Source: the human T2T-CHM13v2.0 reference genome, Homo sapiens | DNA length: 64,000 bases | NCBI GenBank assembly: GCA_009914755.4 | Contig: CP086569.2 | Location: 21,024,001-21,088,000 of the forward strand | Direction: 5' to 3' | Shown: piece after piece, positions 12,701-26,989 of the stretch | Position numbering within the stretch: the first letter of the stretch is position 1 | Layout: each line of letters begins with the position of its first letter | Position numbers and translations under genes: made by a program | Notes under the pieces: model-generated | Seen by the model: the letters and a program-made list of their open reading frames with translations, nothing else | What the model was told of the DNA's origin: nothing | Databases searched by the model: none

Positions 12701-15700
12701 TTATGTCGCGAGTTTGTTCCATCAGATGTGTCCAGAGTTTCTTCCTTTTGGCAGGTTCATGGTCTTGCTCACTTCAAGAATGAAGCTGCAGACCTCAGTG
12801 GTGAGTGTTACAGCACTTAATGGTGTTATGTAAAGAGTTTGTTCCTTCAGGTGTGTCCAAAGTTTCTTCAGTCTGGCAGGTTCATGGTCTTCCTCACTTC
12901 AAGAGTGAAGCTGCAGAATTTAGTGGTGAGTGTTAACAGCACTAAAAGTTGTTATGTCCAGAGTTTGTTACTTCAGATATGTCCAGATATTCTTCCTTCT
13001 GGCAGGTTCATGGTCTTGCTCACTTCAAGAAAGAATGAAGCTGCAGACCTTTACGGTGAGTGTTACAGCATATAAAGGTGTTAAGTCCAGAGTTTGGTCC
13101 TTCAGATGTGTCCAGAATTTCTTCCTTCGGGCCGGTTCATGGTCTTGCTCACTTCAAGAATGAAGCTGCAGACCTTGGTGGTGAGTGTTACAGCACTTTA
13201 ATGTGTTATGTCCAGAGTTTGTTCCATCAAATGTGTATAGAGTTTCTTCCTTCTGGCAGGTTCATGGTCTTCCTCACTTCAAGAATGAAGCTGCAGACCT
13301 TAGTGGTGAGTGTTACAGCACTTAAAGGTGTTATGTCCAGTGTTTGTTCCTTGTGATGTGTCCAGAGTTTCTTCCTTCTGGCAGGTTCATGGTCTTGCTC
13401 ACTTCAGGAATTAAGCTGCAGACCTTTACGGTGAGTGTTACAGCACTTAATTTTGTCATGTCCAGAGTTTGTTCCTTCAGATGTGTCCAGAGTTTCTTCA
13501 TTCTGGCAGGTTCATGGTCTTGTTCTCTTCAAGAATGAAGCTGCAGACCTTAGTGGTGAGTGTTACAGCACTTAAAGGTTTTATGTAAAGAGTTTGTTCC
13601 TACAGATGTGTCCAAAGTTTCTTCAATCTTTCAGTTTCATGGTCTTACTCACTTCAAGAGTGAAGCTGCAGAATTTAGTGGTGAGTGTTACAGCACTTAA
13701 AGGTGTTATGTCTAGAGATTGTTACTTCAGATGTGTCCAGATATTCTTCCTTCTGGCAGGTTCATGGTCTTGCTCACTTCAAGAAAGAATGAAGCTGCAG
13801 ACCTTTACGGTGAGTGTTACAGCATATAACGGTGTTAAGTCCAGAGTTTGGTCCTTCAGATGTGTCCAGAATTTTTTCCTACGGGCTGGTTCAAGGTCTT
13901 GCTCACTTCAAGAATGAAGCTGCAGACCTTGGTGGTGAGTGTTACAGCACTTAAATGTGTTATGTCCAGAGTTTGTTCCATCTGATGTGTATAGAGTTTC
14001 TTCCTTCTGGCAGGTTCATGGTCTTGCTCACTTCAAGAATGAAGCTGCAGACCTTAGTGGTGAGTGTTACAGCACTTAAAGATGTTATGTCCAGAGTTTG
14101 TTCCTTGTGATGTGTCCAGAGTTTCTTCCTTCTGGCAGCTTCATGGTCTTGCTCACTTCAAGAATGAAGCTGCAGTCCTTTACGGTGAGTGTTACAGCAC
14201 TTAATGTTGTCATGTCCAGAGTTTGTTCCTTCAGATGTGTCCAGAGTTTCTTCCTTCTGGCAGGTTCATGGTCTTGCTAGCTTCAAGAATGAACCTCCAG
14301 TCCTTTACGGTGAGTGTTGCAGCACTTAAAGGTGTTATGTCCAGAGTTTGTTCCTTCAGATGTGTCCAGATATTCTTCCTTCTGGCATGTTCCTGGTCTT
14401 GCTCACTTCAAGAAAGAATGAAGCTGCAGACCTTTACGGTGAGTGTTACAGCATATAAAGGTGTTATATCCAGAGTTTGGTTCTTCAGATGTGTCCAGAA
14501 TTTCTTCTTTCGGGCAGGTTCATGGTCTTGCTCACTTGAAGAATGAAGCTGCAGACCTTGGTGTTGAGTGTTACAGCACTTAAAGGTGTTATGTGCAGAG
14601 TTTGTTCCATCAGATGTGTATAGAGTTTCTTCCTTCTGGCAGGTTCATGGTCTTGCTCACTTCAACAATGAAGCTCCAGACCGTTACGTTGAGTGTTACA
14701 GCACTTAAAGGTGTTATGTCCAGAGTTTGTTCCTTCAGATGTGTCCAGAGTTTCTTCCTTCTGGCAAGTTCATTGTCTTGCTCACTTCAAGAATGAAGCT
14801 GCAGATCTTGGTGGTGAGTGTTACAGCACTTACAGGTGTTATGTCCCGAGTTTGTTCCATCAGATGTGTCTAGAGTTTCTTCCTTTTGGCAGGTTCATGG
14901 TCTTGCTCACTTCAAGAATGAAGCTGCAGACCTTGGTGGTGAGTGTTACAGCACTTAATTGTGTTATGTCCAGACTTTGTTCCATCTATTGTGTATAGAG
15001 TTTCTTCCTTCTGGCAGTTTCATGGCATTGCTCACTTCAAGAATGAAGCTGCAGACCTTAGTGGTGAGTGTTACAGCACATAAAGGTGTTATGTCCAGAG
15101 TTTGTTCCATCACATGTGTATAGAGTTTCTTCCTTCTGGCAGGTTGATGGACTTGCTCAATACAAGAATGAAGCTGCAGACCTTTACGGTGAGTGTTACA
15201 GCACTTAAAGGTGTTATATCCAGAGTTTGTTCCTTCAGATGTGTCCAGAGTTTCCTTCTTCTCTCAGGTTCATGGCCTTGCTCAATTCAAGAGTGAATCT
15301 CCGGACGTTTACGGCGAGTTTTACATCAATTAAAAGTGTTATGTCCAGAGTTTGTTCCTTCAGTTTTGTGCAGAGTTTCTTCCTTCTGGCAGGTTCATGG
15401 TCTTGCTCACTTCAAGAATGAACCTGCAGACCTTGGTGGTGAGTGTTACAGCACTTAAAGGTGTTATGTCCAGAGTTTGTTCCATCAGATGTGTATAGAC
15501 TTTCTTCCTTCAGGCAGGTTCATGGTCTTGCTCACTTCAAGAATGAAGCTACAGACATTTACGGTGAGTGTTACAGCACTTAAAGTTGTTATATCCAGAG
15601 TTTGTCCCTTCAGATGTGTCCAGATTTTTTTCCTTCTGGCATGTTCATGGTCTTGCTCACTTCAAGAAATAATGAAGATGCAGAACTTTACGGTGAGTGT

Positions 15701-17209
15701 TACAGCATATAAAGTGTTGTGTCCAGAGTTTGTTCCTTCAGATGTGTCCAGAGTTTCTTCCTTCTGGCAGGTTCATGGTCTTGCTCACTTCAAGAATGAG
15801 GCTGCAGACCTAGGTGGTGAGTGTTACAGCACTTAAAGGTGTTATGTCCAGAGTTTTTTCCTTCAGACGTGTCCAGATTTTCTTTCTTCTAGCAGGTTCA
15901 TGGTCTTGCTCACTTCAAGAATGAAGCTCCAGTCCTTTACGGTGAGTGTTACAGTACTTAAAGGTGTTATGTACAGAGTTTGTTCCTTCAGATGTGTCCA
16001 GTGTTTCTTCCTTCTGGCAGGTTCATGGTCTTGCTCACTTCAAGAATGAAACTGCAGACCATTACGGTGAGTGTTACAGCACTTAAAGGTGTTATGTCCA
16101 GAGTTTTTTCCTTCAGATGTGTCCAGTTTCTTCCTTCTGGCAGGTTCATGGTGTTACTCACTTCAACAAGGAAACTGTAGACCTTTACGGTGAGTGTTCC
16201 AGAACTGAAATATGTTATGTCCAGAGTTTCTTCCTTCAGATATTTGCAGAGTTTCTTCCATCTGGCAGGTTCATGGTCTTGCTCACTTGAAGAATGAAGC
16301 TGCAGACCTTAGTGGTGAGGGTTACAGCATATAAAGGTGTTATGTCCAGAATTTGGTCCTTCAGATGTGTCCAGAAGTTCTTCCTTCGGGCATGGTCATG
16401 GTCTTACTCACTTCAAGAATGAAGCTGCAGACCTTGGTGGTGAGTGTTACAGAACTTAATTGTGTTATGTCCAGACTTTGTTCCATCTGTTGTGTATAGA
16501 GTTTCTTCCTTCTGGCAGTTTCATGGCCTTGCTCTCTTCAAGAATGAAGCTGCAGACCTTAGTGGTGAGTGTTACAGCACATAAGCGTGTTAAGTCCAGA
16601 GTTTGTTCCTTGTGATGTGTCCAGAGTTTCTTCCTTCTGGCAGGTTCATGGTCTTCCTCACTTCAAGAATGAAGCTGCAGACCCTTACGGTTAGTGTTAC
16701 AGCACTTAATGTTGACATGTCCAGGTTTTATTCCTTCAGATGTGTCCAGAATTTCTTCATTCTGTCAGGTTCATGGTCTTGTTCTCTTCAAGAATGAATC
16801 TGCAGACCTTAGTAGTGAGCGTTACAGCACTTAAAGGTTTTATGTCCAGAGTTTGTTCCATAAGATGTGTCTAGAGTTTCTTCCTTCTGGCAGGTGAATG
16901 GTCTTGCTCACTTCAAGAATGAAGCTGCAGACCTTATTGGTGAATGTTACAGCACTTAAAGTTGTTATGTACAGAGTTTGTTCCTTGTGATGTGTGCAGA
17001 GTTTCTTCCTTCTGGCAGGTTCATGGTCTTGCTCACCTCAAGTATGATGCTGCAGACCTTTACGGTGAGTGTTACAGCACTTAAAGGTGTTATATCCAGA
17101 GTTTCTTCCTTCAGATGTGTCCAGAGTTTCTTTCTCCTGGCAGGATCATTGTCTTGCTCACTTCAAGAATGAAGCTCCAGACCTTTACGGTGAGTTTTAC
17201 AGCACTTAA

Positions 17210-20200
17210 AGGTGTTATGTCCAGAGTTTGTTCCTTCAGTTGTGTCCAGAGTTTCTTCCTTCTAGCAGGTTCATGGTCTTGCTCACTTCAAGAATGAAGC
17301 TGCAGACCTTGGTCGTGAGTGTTACAGCACTTACAGGTGTTATGTCCCGAGTTTGTTCCATCAGATGTGTCCAGAGTTTCTTCCTTTTGGCAGGTACATG
17401 GTCTTGCTCATTTCAAGAATGAAGCTGCAGACCTTAGTGCTGAGTGTTACAGCACTTAATGGTGTTATCTAAAGAGTTTGTTCCTTCAGATGTGTCCAAA
17501 TTTCTTCAATCTGGCAGGTTCATGGTTTGCTCACTTCAAGAATGATGTTGCAGAGCTTTACGGTGAGTGTTACAGCACTTAAAGGTGTTATATCCAGAGT
17601 TTCTTCCTTCAGATGTGTCCAGAGTTTCTTTCTTCTGGCAGGTTCATGGTCTTGCTCACTTCAAGAATGAATGAAGCTGCAGACATTTACGTTGAGTGTT
17701 ACAACATATAAAGGTGTGATGTCCAGAGTTTGGTCCTTGAGATGTGTCCAGAGTTTCTTCCTTCGTGCAGGTTCATGGTCTTGCTCACTTCAAGAATGAA
17801 GCTGCAGAAATTATTGGTGAGGGTTACAGCACTTAAAGTTGTTATGTCCAGAGTTTTTTCCTTCAGATGTGTCCAGAGTTTCTTCCTTCTGGCAGGTTCA
17901 TGGTCTTGCTCAATTCAGGAATGAAGCTGCAGACCTTAGTGGTGAGTGTTACAGCACTTAAAGTGTTATGTACAGAGTTTGTTCCTTCAGATATGTCCAG
18001 AGTTTCTTCCTTCTGGCAGGTTCATCGTCTTGCTCACTTCAAGAATGAAGCTGCAGACCTTAGTGCTGAGTGTTACAGCACTTAAACGTGTTATGTAAAG
18101 AGTTTGTTCCTTCAGATGTGTCCAAAGTTTCTTCAATCTGGCAGGTTCATGGTCTTGCTCACTTCAAGAATGAAGCTGCAGACCTTAGTGGTGAGTGTTA
18201 CAGCACTTAAAAGTGTTATGTCCAGAGTTTGTTCCTTCATATGTGGCCAGAGTTTCTTCCTTCTGGCAGGTTCATGGTCTTGCTCACTTCAAGAATGAAG
18301 CTGCAGACCTTTACGGTGAGTGTTACAGCATTTAAACATGTTACGTCCAGAGTTTGTTCCTTTAGATGTGTCCAGAGTTTCTTACTTCTGGCAGGTTCAT
18401 GGTCTTGCTCACTTCAAGAATGAAGCTGCAGACCTTAGTGGTGAGGGTTACAACACTTCAAGCTGTTATGTCCAGAGTTTTTTCCTTTAGATGTGTCCAG
18501 AGTTTCTTCCTTCTGGCAGGTTCATGGTCTTGCTCAATTCAAGAATGAAGCTGCAGACCTTAGTGGTGAGTGTTACAGTACTTAATGGTGTTATGTCCAG
18601 AGTTTGTTCCTGCAGATGTGTCCAGAGTTTCTTCCATCTGGCAGGTTCATGGTCTTGCTCACTTCAAGAATGAAGCTGCAGACCTTAGTGGTGAGTGTTA
18701 CAGCAGTTAAAGGTGTTATGTCCAGAGTTTTTTCCTTCAGATGTGTCCAGAGTTTCTTCCATCTGGCAGGTTCATTGTCTTGCTCACTTCAAGAGTGAAG
18801 CTGAATAATTTAGTGGTGATTGTTACACCACTTAAAGGTGTTATGTCCAGAGTTTGTTCCTGCAGATGTGTCCAGAGTTTCTTCCATCTGGCAGGTTCAT
18901 GGTCTTGCTCACTTCAAGAATGAAGCTGCAGACCTTAGTGGTGAGTGTTACAGCAGTTAAAGGTGTTATGTCCAGAGTTTTTTCCTTCAGATGTGTCCAG
19001 AGTTTCTTCCATCTGGCAGGTTCATTGTCTTGCTCACTTCAAGAGTGAAGCTGAATAATTTAGTGGTGATTGTTACACCACTTAAAGGTGTTATGTCCAG
19101 AGTTTGTTCCTTCAGATGTGTCCAGATATTCTTCCTTCTAGCATGTTCATGGTCTTGCTCACTTCAAGAAAGAATGAAGCTGCAGACCTTTACGGTGAGT
19201 GTTGCAGCATATAAAGGTGTTATTTCCAGATTTTTGTCCTTCAGATGTGTCCAGAATTTCTTCTTTCGGGCAGGTTCATGGTCTTGCTCACTTCAAGAAT
19301 GAAGCTGCAGACCTTGGTGGTGAGTGTTACAGAACTTAAAGGTGTTATGTCCAGAGTTTCTTCCATTAGATATGTATAGAGTTTCTTCCTTCTGGCAGGT
19401 TCACGGTCTTGCTCACTTCAAGAATGAAGCTGCAGACCTTTACGGTGAGTGTCACAGCACTTAAAGGTGTTATGTCCAGAGTTTATTCATTCAGATGTGT
19501 CCAGAATTTCTTCCTTCTGGCAGATTCATGGTCTTGCTCACTTCAAGAATGAAGCTGCAGACCGTTAGGGTGAGTGTTACAGCACTTAAAAGTGTTATGT
19601 CCAGAGTTTCTTCCTTCGGATGTGGCCACAGTTTCTTCTTCTGGCAGGTTCATGGTCTTCCTCACTTCAAGAATGAAGCTGTAGACCCTTACGGTGAGTG
19701 TTACAGCACTTAATGTTGTCATGTCCAGGTATTTTTCCTTCAGATGTGTCCAGAATTTCTTCATTCTGGCTGGTTCATGGTCTTGTTCTCTTCAAGAATG
19801 AAGCTGCAGACCTTATTGGTGAGCGTTACAGCACTTAAAGGTTTTATATCCAGAGTTTGTTCCATAAGATATGTCTAGAGTTTCTTCCTTCTGGCTGGTG
19901 CATGATCTTGCTCACTTCAAGAATGAAGCTGCAGACCTTAGTGGTGAGAGTTACAGCACTTAAAGGTGTTATGTACAGAGTTTGCTCCTTGTGATGTGTG
20001 CAGAGTTTCTTCCTTCTGGCAGGTTCATGGTCTTGCTCACTTCAAGAATGATGCTGCAGACCTTTACGGTGAGTGTTACAGCTCTGAAAGGTGTTATATC
20101 CAGAGTTTGTTCCTTCAGATGTGTCCAGAGTTTCTTTCTCCTGGCAGGTTCATGGTCTTGCTCACTTCAAGAATGAAGCTCCAGACCTTTACGGTGAGTT

Positions 20201-20215
20201 TTACAGCACTTTGAG
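17210..20215. repeat. HOR copy of ~3004 bp in the mid-array HOR family.
   Basis: Anchor ORFs at 16978 and 19982 (MFLVMCAEFLPSGRFMVLLTS.MMLQTFTVSVTALKGVISRV) are 3004 bp apart. The 'ggtacatggtcttgctcatttc' (FGRYMVLLISRMKLQ) monomer occurs at ~17393 and ~20397, also 3004 bp apart. Confidence 0.65.
18604..19103. repeat. Recent tandem duplication of a 250 bp dimer (18604-18853 and 18854-19103). The two copies are near-identical.
   Basis: ORFs 18604 and 18854 translate to identical 64-aa peptides. ORFs 18741 and 18991 are identical over their first ~40 aa. The unusual sub-motif 'caagagtgaagctgaataatttagtggtgattgttacaccactt' occurs twice, 250 bp apart. Confidence 0.85.
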
Positions 20216-23200
20216 GTGTTATGTCCAGAGTTTGTTCCTTCAGTTGTGTCCAGAGTTTCTTCCTTCTGGCAGGTTCATGGTCTTGCTCGCTTCAAGAATG
20301 AAGCTGCAGACCTTGGTCGTGAGTGTTACAGCACTTACAGGTGTTATGTCCCGAGTTTGTTCCATCAGATGTGTCCAGAGTTTCTTCCTTTTGGCAGGTA
20401 CATGGTCTTGCTCATTTCTAGAATGAAGCTGCAGACCTTAGTGCTGAGTATTACAGAACTTAAAGGTGTTATGTAAAGGGTTTGTTCCTTCAGATGTGTC
20501 AAAAGTTTCTTCCATCTGGCAGGTTCATGGTCTTGCTCACTTCAAGAATGATGTTGCAGAGCTTTACGGTGAATGTTACAGCACTTATAGCTGTTATATC
20601 CAGATTTTGTTCCTTCAGATGTGTCCAGAGTTTCTTTCTTCTGGCAGGTTCATGGTCTTGCTCACTTCAAGAATGAATGAAGCTGTAGACATTTACGTTG
20701 AGTGTTACAGCATATAAAGGTGTTATGTCTAGAGTTTGGTCCTTCAGATATGTCCAGAGTTTCTTCCTTCGGGCAGGTTCATGGTCTTGCTCACTTCAAG
20801 AATGAAGCTGCAGACATTATTGTTGAGGGTTACAGCACTTAAATGTGTTATGTCCAGAGTTTTTCCTTCAGATATGTCCAGAGTTTCTTCCTTCTGGCAG
20901 GTTCATGGTCTTGCTCAATTCAAGAATGAAGCTGCCGACCTTAGTGGTGAGTGTTACAGCACTTTAAGGTGTTATGTCCAGAGTTTGTTCCTTCAGATGT
21001 GTCCAGAGTTTCTTCCTACTGGCACGTTCATGGTCTTGCTCACTTCAAGAAAGAAGCTGCAGACCTTAGTGGTGAGTGTTACAGTACTTAAAGGTGTTAT
21101 GTCCAGAGTTTTTTCCTTCAGATGTGTCCAGAGTTTCTTTCATCTGGCAGGTTCATGGTCTTGCTCACTTCAAGAGTGAAGCTGCAAAATTTATTGGTGA
21201 TTGTTACAGCACCTAAATGTGTTATGTCCAGAGTTTGTACCTTCAGATGTGTCCAGATATTCTTCCTTCTGGCATGTTAATGGTCTTGCTCACTTCAAGA
21301 AAGAATGAAGCTGCAGACCTTTACGGTGAGTGTTACAGCATATAAAGGTGTTATGTCCAGAGTTTGGTCCTTCAGATGTGTCCAGAATTTCTTCTATCGG
21401 GCAGGTTCATGGTCTCGCTCACTTCAAGAATGAAGCTGCAGACCTTATTGGTGAGGGTTACAGCACGTAAAGGTGTTATGTCCAGAGTTTTTTCCTTCAG
21501 ATGTGTGAAGAGTTTCTTCCTTCTGGAAGGTTCATGGTCTTGCTCACTTCAAGAATCAAGCTGCAGACCTTAGTGGTGAGGGTTACAGCAGTTAAAGGTG
21601 TTATGTCCAGAGTTTATTCCTTCAGATGTGTCCAGAGTTTCTTCCTTCTGGCAGGTTCATGGTCTTGCTCACTTCAAGAATGAAGCTGCAGACCTTAGTA
21701 GTGAGTGTTACAGCACTTAAAGGTGTTATGTCCAGAGTTTTTTCCTTCAGATGTGTCCAGAGTTTCTTTCATCTGGCAGGTTCATGGTCTTGCTCACTTC
21801 AAGAGTGAAGCTGCAAAATTTAGTGGTTATTGTTACAGCACATAAAGGTGTTATGTCCAGAGTTTGTTCTTTCAGATGTGTCCAGATATTCTTCCTTCTG
21901 GCATGTTCATGGTCTTGCTCACTTCAAGAAAGAATGAAGCTGCAGACCTTTACGGTGAGTGTTACAGCATATAAAGGTGTTATGTCCAGAGTTTGGTTCT
22001 TCAGATGTGTCCAGAATTTCTTCTTTCGGGCAGGTTCATGGTCTTGCTCACTTGAAGAATGAAGCTGCAGACCTTGGTGTTGAGTGTTACAGCATTTTAA
22101 GGTGTTATGTGCAGAGTTTGTTCCATCAGATGTGTATAGAGTTTCTTCCTTCTGGCAGGTTCATGGTCTTGCTCACTTCAAGAGTGAAGCTGCAGAATTT
22201 AGTGGTGAGTGTTACAGCACTTAAAGGTGTTATGTCCAGAGTTTGTTCCTTCAGATGTGTCCAAAGTTTCTTCAATCTGGCAGGTTCATGGTCTTGCACA
22301 CTTCAAGAGTGAAGGTGCAGAATTTAGTGGTGAGTGTTACAGCACTTAAAATTGTTATGTCCAGAGTTTGTTATTTCAGATGTGTCCAGATATTCTTCCT
22401 TCTGGCAGGTTCATGGTCTTGCTCACTTCAAGAAAGAATGAAGCTGCTGACCTTTACGGTGAGTGTTACAGCATATAAAGGTGTTTTGTCCAGAGTTTGG
22501 TCCTTCAGATGTGTCCAGAAGTTCTTCCTTCGGGCAGGGTCATGGTCTTACTCACTTCAAGAATGAACCTGCAGACCTTGATGGTGAGTGTTACAGCACT
22601 TAATTGTGTTATATCCAGACTTTGTTCCATCTGCTGTGTATAGAGTTTCTTCTTTCTGGCAGTTTTATGGCCTTGCTCACTTCAAGAATGAAGCTGCAGA
22701 ACTTAGTGGTGAGTGTTACAGCACATAAAGCTGTTATGTCCAGAGTTTGGTCCATCACATATGTATAGAGTTTCTTCCTTCTGGCAGGTTGATGGACTTG
22801 CTCAATACAAGAACGAAGCTGTAGACCTTTACGGTGAGTGTTACAGCACTTAAAGGTGTTATATCCAGAGTTTGTTCCTTCAGATGTGTCCAGAGTTTCC
22901 TTCTTCTCTCAGGTTCATGGCCTTGCTCACGTCAAGAATGAATCTCCGGACGTTTACGGCGAGTTTTACAGCATTTAAAAGTGGTATGTCCAGAGTTGTT
23001 CCTTCAGTTTTGTTCAGAGTTTCTTCCTTCTGGCAGGTTCATGGTCTTGCTCACTTCAAGAATGAAGCTGCAGACCTTGGTGGTGAGTGTTACCGCACTT
23101 AAAGGTGTTATGTCCAGAGTTGGTTCCATCAGATGTGTCCAGAGTTTTTTCCTTCTGGCATGTTCATGGTCTTGCTCACTTCAAGAAAGAATGAAGCTGC

Positions 23201-23730
23201 AGAACTTTACGGTGAGTGTTACAGCATATAAAGTGTTGTGTCCAGAGTTTGTTCCTTCAGATGTGTCCAGAGTTTCTTCCTTCTGGCAGGTTCATTGTCT
23301 TGCTCACTTCAAGGATGAGGCTGCAGACCTAGGTGGTGAGTGTTACAGCACTTAAAGGTGTTATGTCCAGAGTTTATTCCTTCAGACGTGTCCAGAGTTT
23401 CTTTCTTCTAGCAGGTTCATGGTCTTGTTCACTTCAAGAATGAAGCTCCAGTCCTTTACGGTGAGTGTTACAGCACTTAAAGGTGTTATGTCCAGAGTTT
23501 GTTCCTTCAGATGTGTCCAGAGTTTCTTCCTTCTGGCAGGTTCAGGGTCTTGCTCACTTCAAGAATGAAACTGCAGACCATTACGGTGAGTGTTACAGCA
23601 CTTAAAGGTGTTATGTCCAGAGTTTTTTCCTTCAGATGTGTCCAGTTTCTTCCTTCTGGCAGGTTCATGGTCTTACTCACTTCAAGAAGGAATCTGTAGA
23701 CCTTTACGGTGAGTGTTCCAGAACTGAAAG
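20216..23730. repeat. HOR copy of 3515 bp, mid-array family.
   Basis: ORFs at 20216 and 23731 are near-identical 86-aa translations (MLCPEFVPS.VSRVSSFWQVHGLARFKNEAADLGRECYSTYRCYVPSLFHQMCPEFLPFGRYMVLLISRMKLQTLVLS). Confidence 0.7.
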
Positions 23731-26700
23731 ATGTTATGTCCAGAGTTTGTTCCTTCAGATATTTGCAGAGTTTCTTCCATCTGGCAGGTTCATGGTCTTG
23801 CTCACTTCAAGAATGAAGCTGCAGACTTTGGTCGTGAGTGTTACAGCACTTACAGGTGTTATGTCCCGAGTTTGTTCCATCAGATGTGTCCAGAGTTTCT
23901 TCCTTTTGGCAGGTACATGGTCTTGCTCATTTCAAGAATGAAGCTGCAGACCTTAGTGTTGAGTGTTACAGCACTTAAAGGTGTTATGTAAAGTGTTTTT
24001 TCCTTCAGATGTGTCCAAAGTTTCTTCAATCTGGCAGGTTCATGGTTTGCTCACTTCAAGAATGATGTTGCAGAGCTTTACGGTGAGTGTTACAGCACTT
24101 AAAGTTGTTATATCCAGAGTTTGTTCCTTCAGATGTGTCCAGAGTTTCTTCCTTCGGGCAGGTTCATGGTCTTGCTCACTTCAAGAATGAATGAAGCTGC
24201 AGACCTTTACGTTGAGTGTTACAGCATATAAAAGTGTTATGTCCAGAGTTTGGTCCTTCAGATGTGTCCAGAGTTTCTTCCTTCGGGCAGGTTCATGATC
24301 TTGCTCACTTCAAGAATGAAGCTGCAGACATTATTGGTGAGGGTTACAGCACTTAAATGTGTTATGTCCAGAGTTTTTCCTTCACATATGTCCAGAGTTT
24401 CTTCCTTCTGGCAGGTTCATTGTCTTGCTCAATTCAAGAATGAAGCTGCCGACCTTAGTGGTGAGTGTTACAGCACTTTAAGGTGTTATGTCCAGACTTT
24501 GTTCCTTCAGATGTGTCCAGAGTTTCTTCCTACTGGCAGGTTCATGGACTTGCTCACTTCAAGAATGAAGCTGCAGACCTTAGTGGTGAGTGTTACAGTA
24601 CTTAAAGTTGTTATTTCCAGAGTTTTTTCCTTCAGATGTGTCCAGAGTTTCTTCCATCTGGAAGGTTCATAGTCTTGCTCACTTCAAGAGTGAAGCTGCA
24701 AAATTTAGTGGTGATTGTTACAGCACTTAAATGTGTTATGTCCAGAGTTTATACCTTCAGATGTGTCCAGATATACTTCCTTCTGGCATGTTCATGATCT
24801 TGCTCACTTCAAGAAAGAATGAAGCTTCAGACTTTTGCGGTGAGTGTTACAGCATATAAAGGTGTTATGTCCAGAGTTTGGTCCTTCAGATGTGTCCAGA
24901 ATTTCTTCTTTCGGGCAGGTTCATGGTCTTGCTCACTTCAAGAATGAAGCTGCAGAACTTGGTGGTGAGTTTTACAGCAGTTAAAGGTGTTATGTCCGGA
25001 ATTTTTTCCATCAGATGTGTATAGAGTTTCTTCCTTCTCTCATGTTCATGGTCTTGCTCACTTCAAGAATGAAGCTGCAGACATTTACGGTGAGTGTCAC
25101 AGCACTTAAAGGTGTTATGTCCAGAGTTTGTTCATTCAGATGTGTCCAGAATTTCTTCCTTCTGGCAGGTTCATGGTCTTGCTCACTTCAAGAATGAAGC
25201 TGCAGACCTTTAGGGTGAGTGTTACAGCAATTAAAAGTGTTATGTCCAGAGTTTGTTCCTTCATATGTGGCCAGAGTTTCTTCTTTCTGGCAGGTTCATG
25301 ATCTTGCTCCCTTCAAGAATGAAGCTGCAGACTTTTACGGTGAGTGTTACAGCACTTAAAGGTGTTATGTCCAGAGTTTGTTCCTTTAGATGTGTCCAGA
25401 GTTTCTTCCTTCAGGCAGGTTCATGGTCTTGCTCACTTCAAGAATGAACCTGCAGACCTTAGTGGTGACGGTTACAACACTTAAATGTGTTATGTCCAGA
25501 GTTTTTTCCTTCAGATGTGTCCAGAGTTTCTTCCTTCTGGCAGTTTCATGGTCTTGCTCAATTCAAGAATGAAGCTGCAGACTTTAGTGGTGAGTGTTAC
25601 AGCACTTAAAAGTGTTATGTCCGGAGTTTATTCCTTCAGATGTGTCCAGAGTTTCTTCCTTCTGGCAGGTTCCTGGTCTTGCTCACTTCAAGAATGAAGC
25701 TGCAGACCTTAGTAGTGAGTGTCACAGCAATTAAAGGTGTTATGTCCAGAGTTTCTTCCTTCAGATGTGTCCAGAGTTTCTTCTATCTGGCAGGTTCATG
25801 GTCTTGCTCCCTTCAAGAGTGAAGCTGCAAAATTTAGTGGTTATTGTTACAGCACATAAAGGTGTTATGTCCAGAGTTTGTTCCTTCAGATGTGTCCAGA
25901 TATTCTTCCTTCTGGCATGTTCATGGTCTTGCTCACTTCTAGAAAGAATGAAGCTGCAGACCTTTACGGTGAGTGTTACAGCATTTAAAGGTGTTATGTC
26001 CAGAGTTTGGTTCTTCAGATGTGTCCAGAATTTCTTCTTTCGGGCAGATTCACGGTGTTGGTCACTTGAAGAATGAAGCTACAGACCTTGGTGGTGAGTG
26101 TTACAGCACTTAAAGTTGTTATGTGCAGAGATTGTTCCATCAGATGTGTATAGAGTTTCTTCCTTCTGGCAGGTTCATGGTCTTGCTCACTTCAACAATG
26201 AAGCTCCAGAACGTTACGGTGAGTGTTACAGCACTTAATGTTGTCATGTCTAGGGTTTGTTCCTTCAGATGTGTCCAGAGATTCTTCATTCTGGCAGGTT
26301 CATTGTCTTGTTCTGCTCAAGAATGGAGCTGCAGACCGTTAGGGTGAGTGTTACAGCACTTAAAAGTGTTATGTCCAGAGTTTGTTCCTTCAGATGTGGC
26401 CAGAGTTTCTTCTTCTGGCAGGTTCATGGTCTTCCTCACTTCAAGAATGAAGCTGGAAACCCTTACGGTGCGTGTTACAGCACTTAATGTTTTCATGTCC
26501 AGGTTTTTTTCCTTCAGATGTGTCCAGAATTTCTTCATTCTGGCAGGTTCATGGTCTTGTTCTCTTCAAGAATGAAGCTGCAGACATTAGTGGTGAGCGT
26601 TACAGCACTTAAAGGTTTTATGTCCAGAGTTTATTCCATAAGATGTGTCTATAGTTTCTTCCTTCTGGCAGGTGAATGGTCTTGCTCACTTCAAGAATGA

Positions 26701-26989
26701 AGCTGCAGACCTTAGTGGTGAGTGTTACAGCGCTTAAAGGTGTTATGTAAAGAGTTTGTTCCTTGTGATGTGTGCAGAGTTTCTTCCTTCTGGCAGGTTC
26801 ATGGTCTTGCTCACTTCAAAAATGATGCTGCAGACTTTTACGGTGAGTGTTACAGCACTTAAAGGTGTTATATCCAGAGTTTGTTCCTTCAGATGAGTCC
26901 AGAGTTTCTTTCTCCTGGCAGGTTCATGGTCTTGCTCCCTTCAAGAATGAAGCTCCAGACCTTTACGGTGAGTTTTACAGCATTTAAAG
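23731..26989. repeat. HOR copy of 3259 bp, mid-array family.
   Basis: ORF 26990 is homologous to ORFs 23731 and 20216. The same anchor monomer also appears at 29402, 2412 bp further on. Confidence 0.7.
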
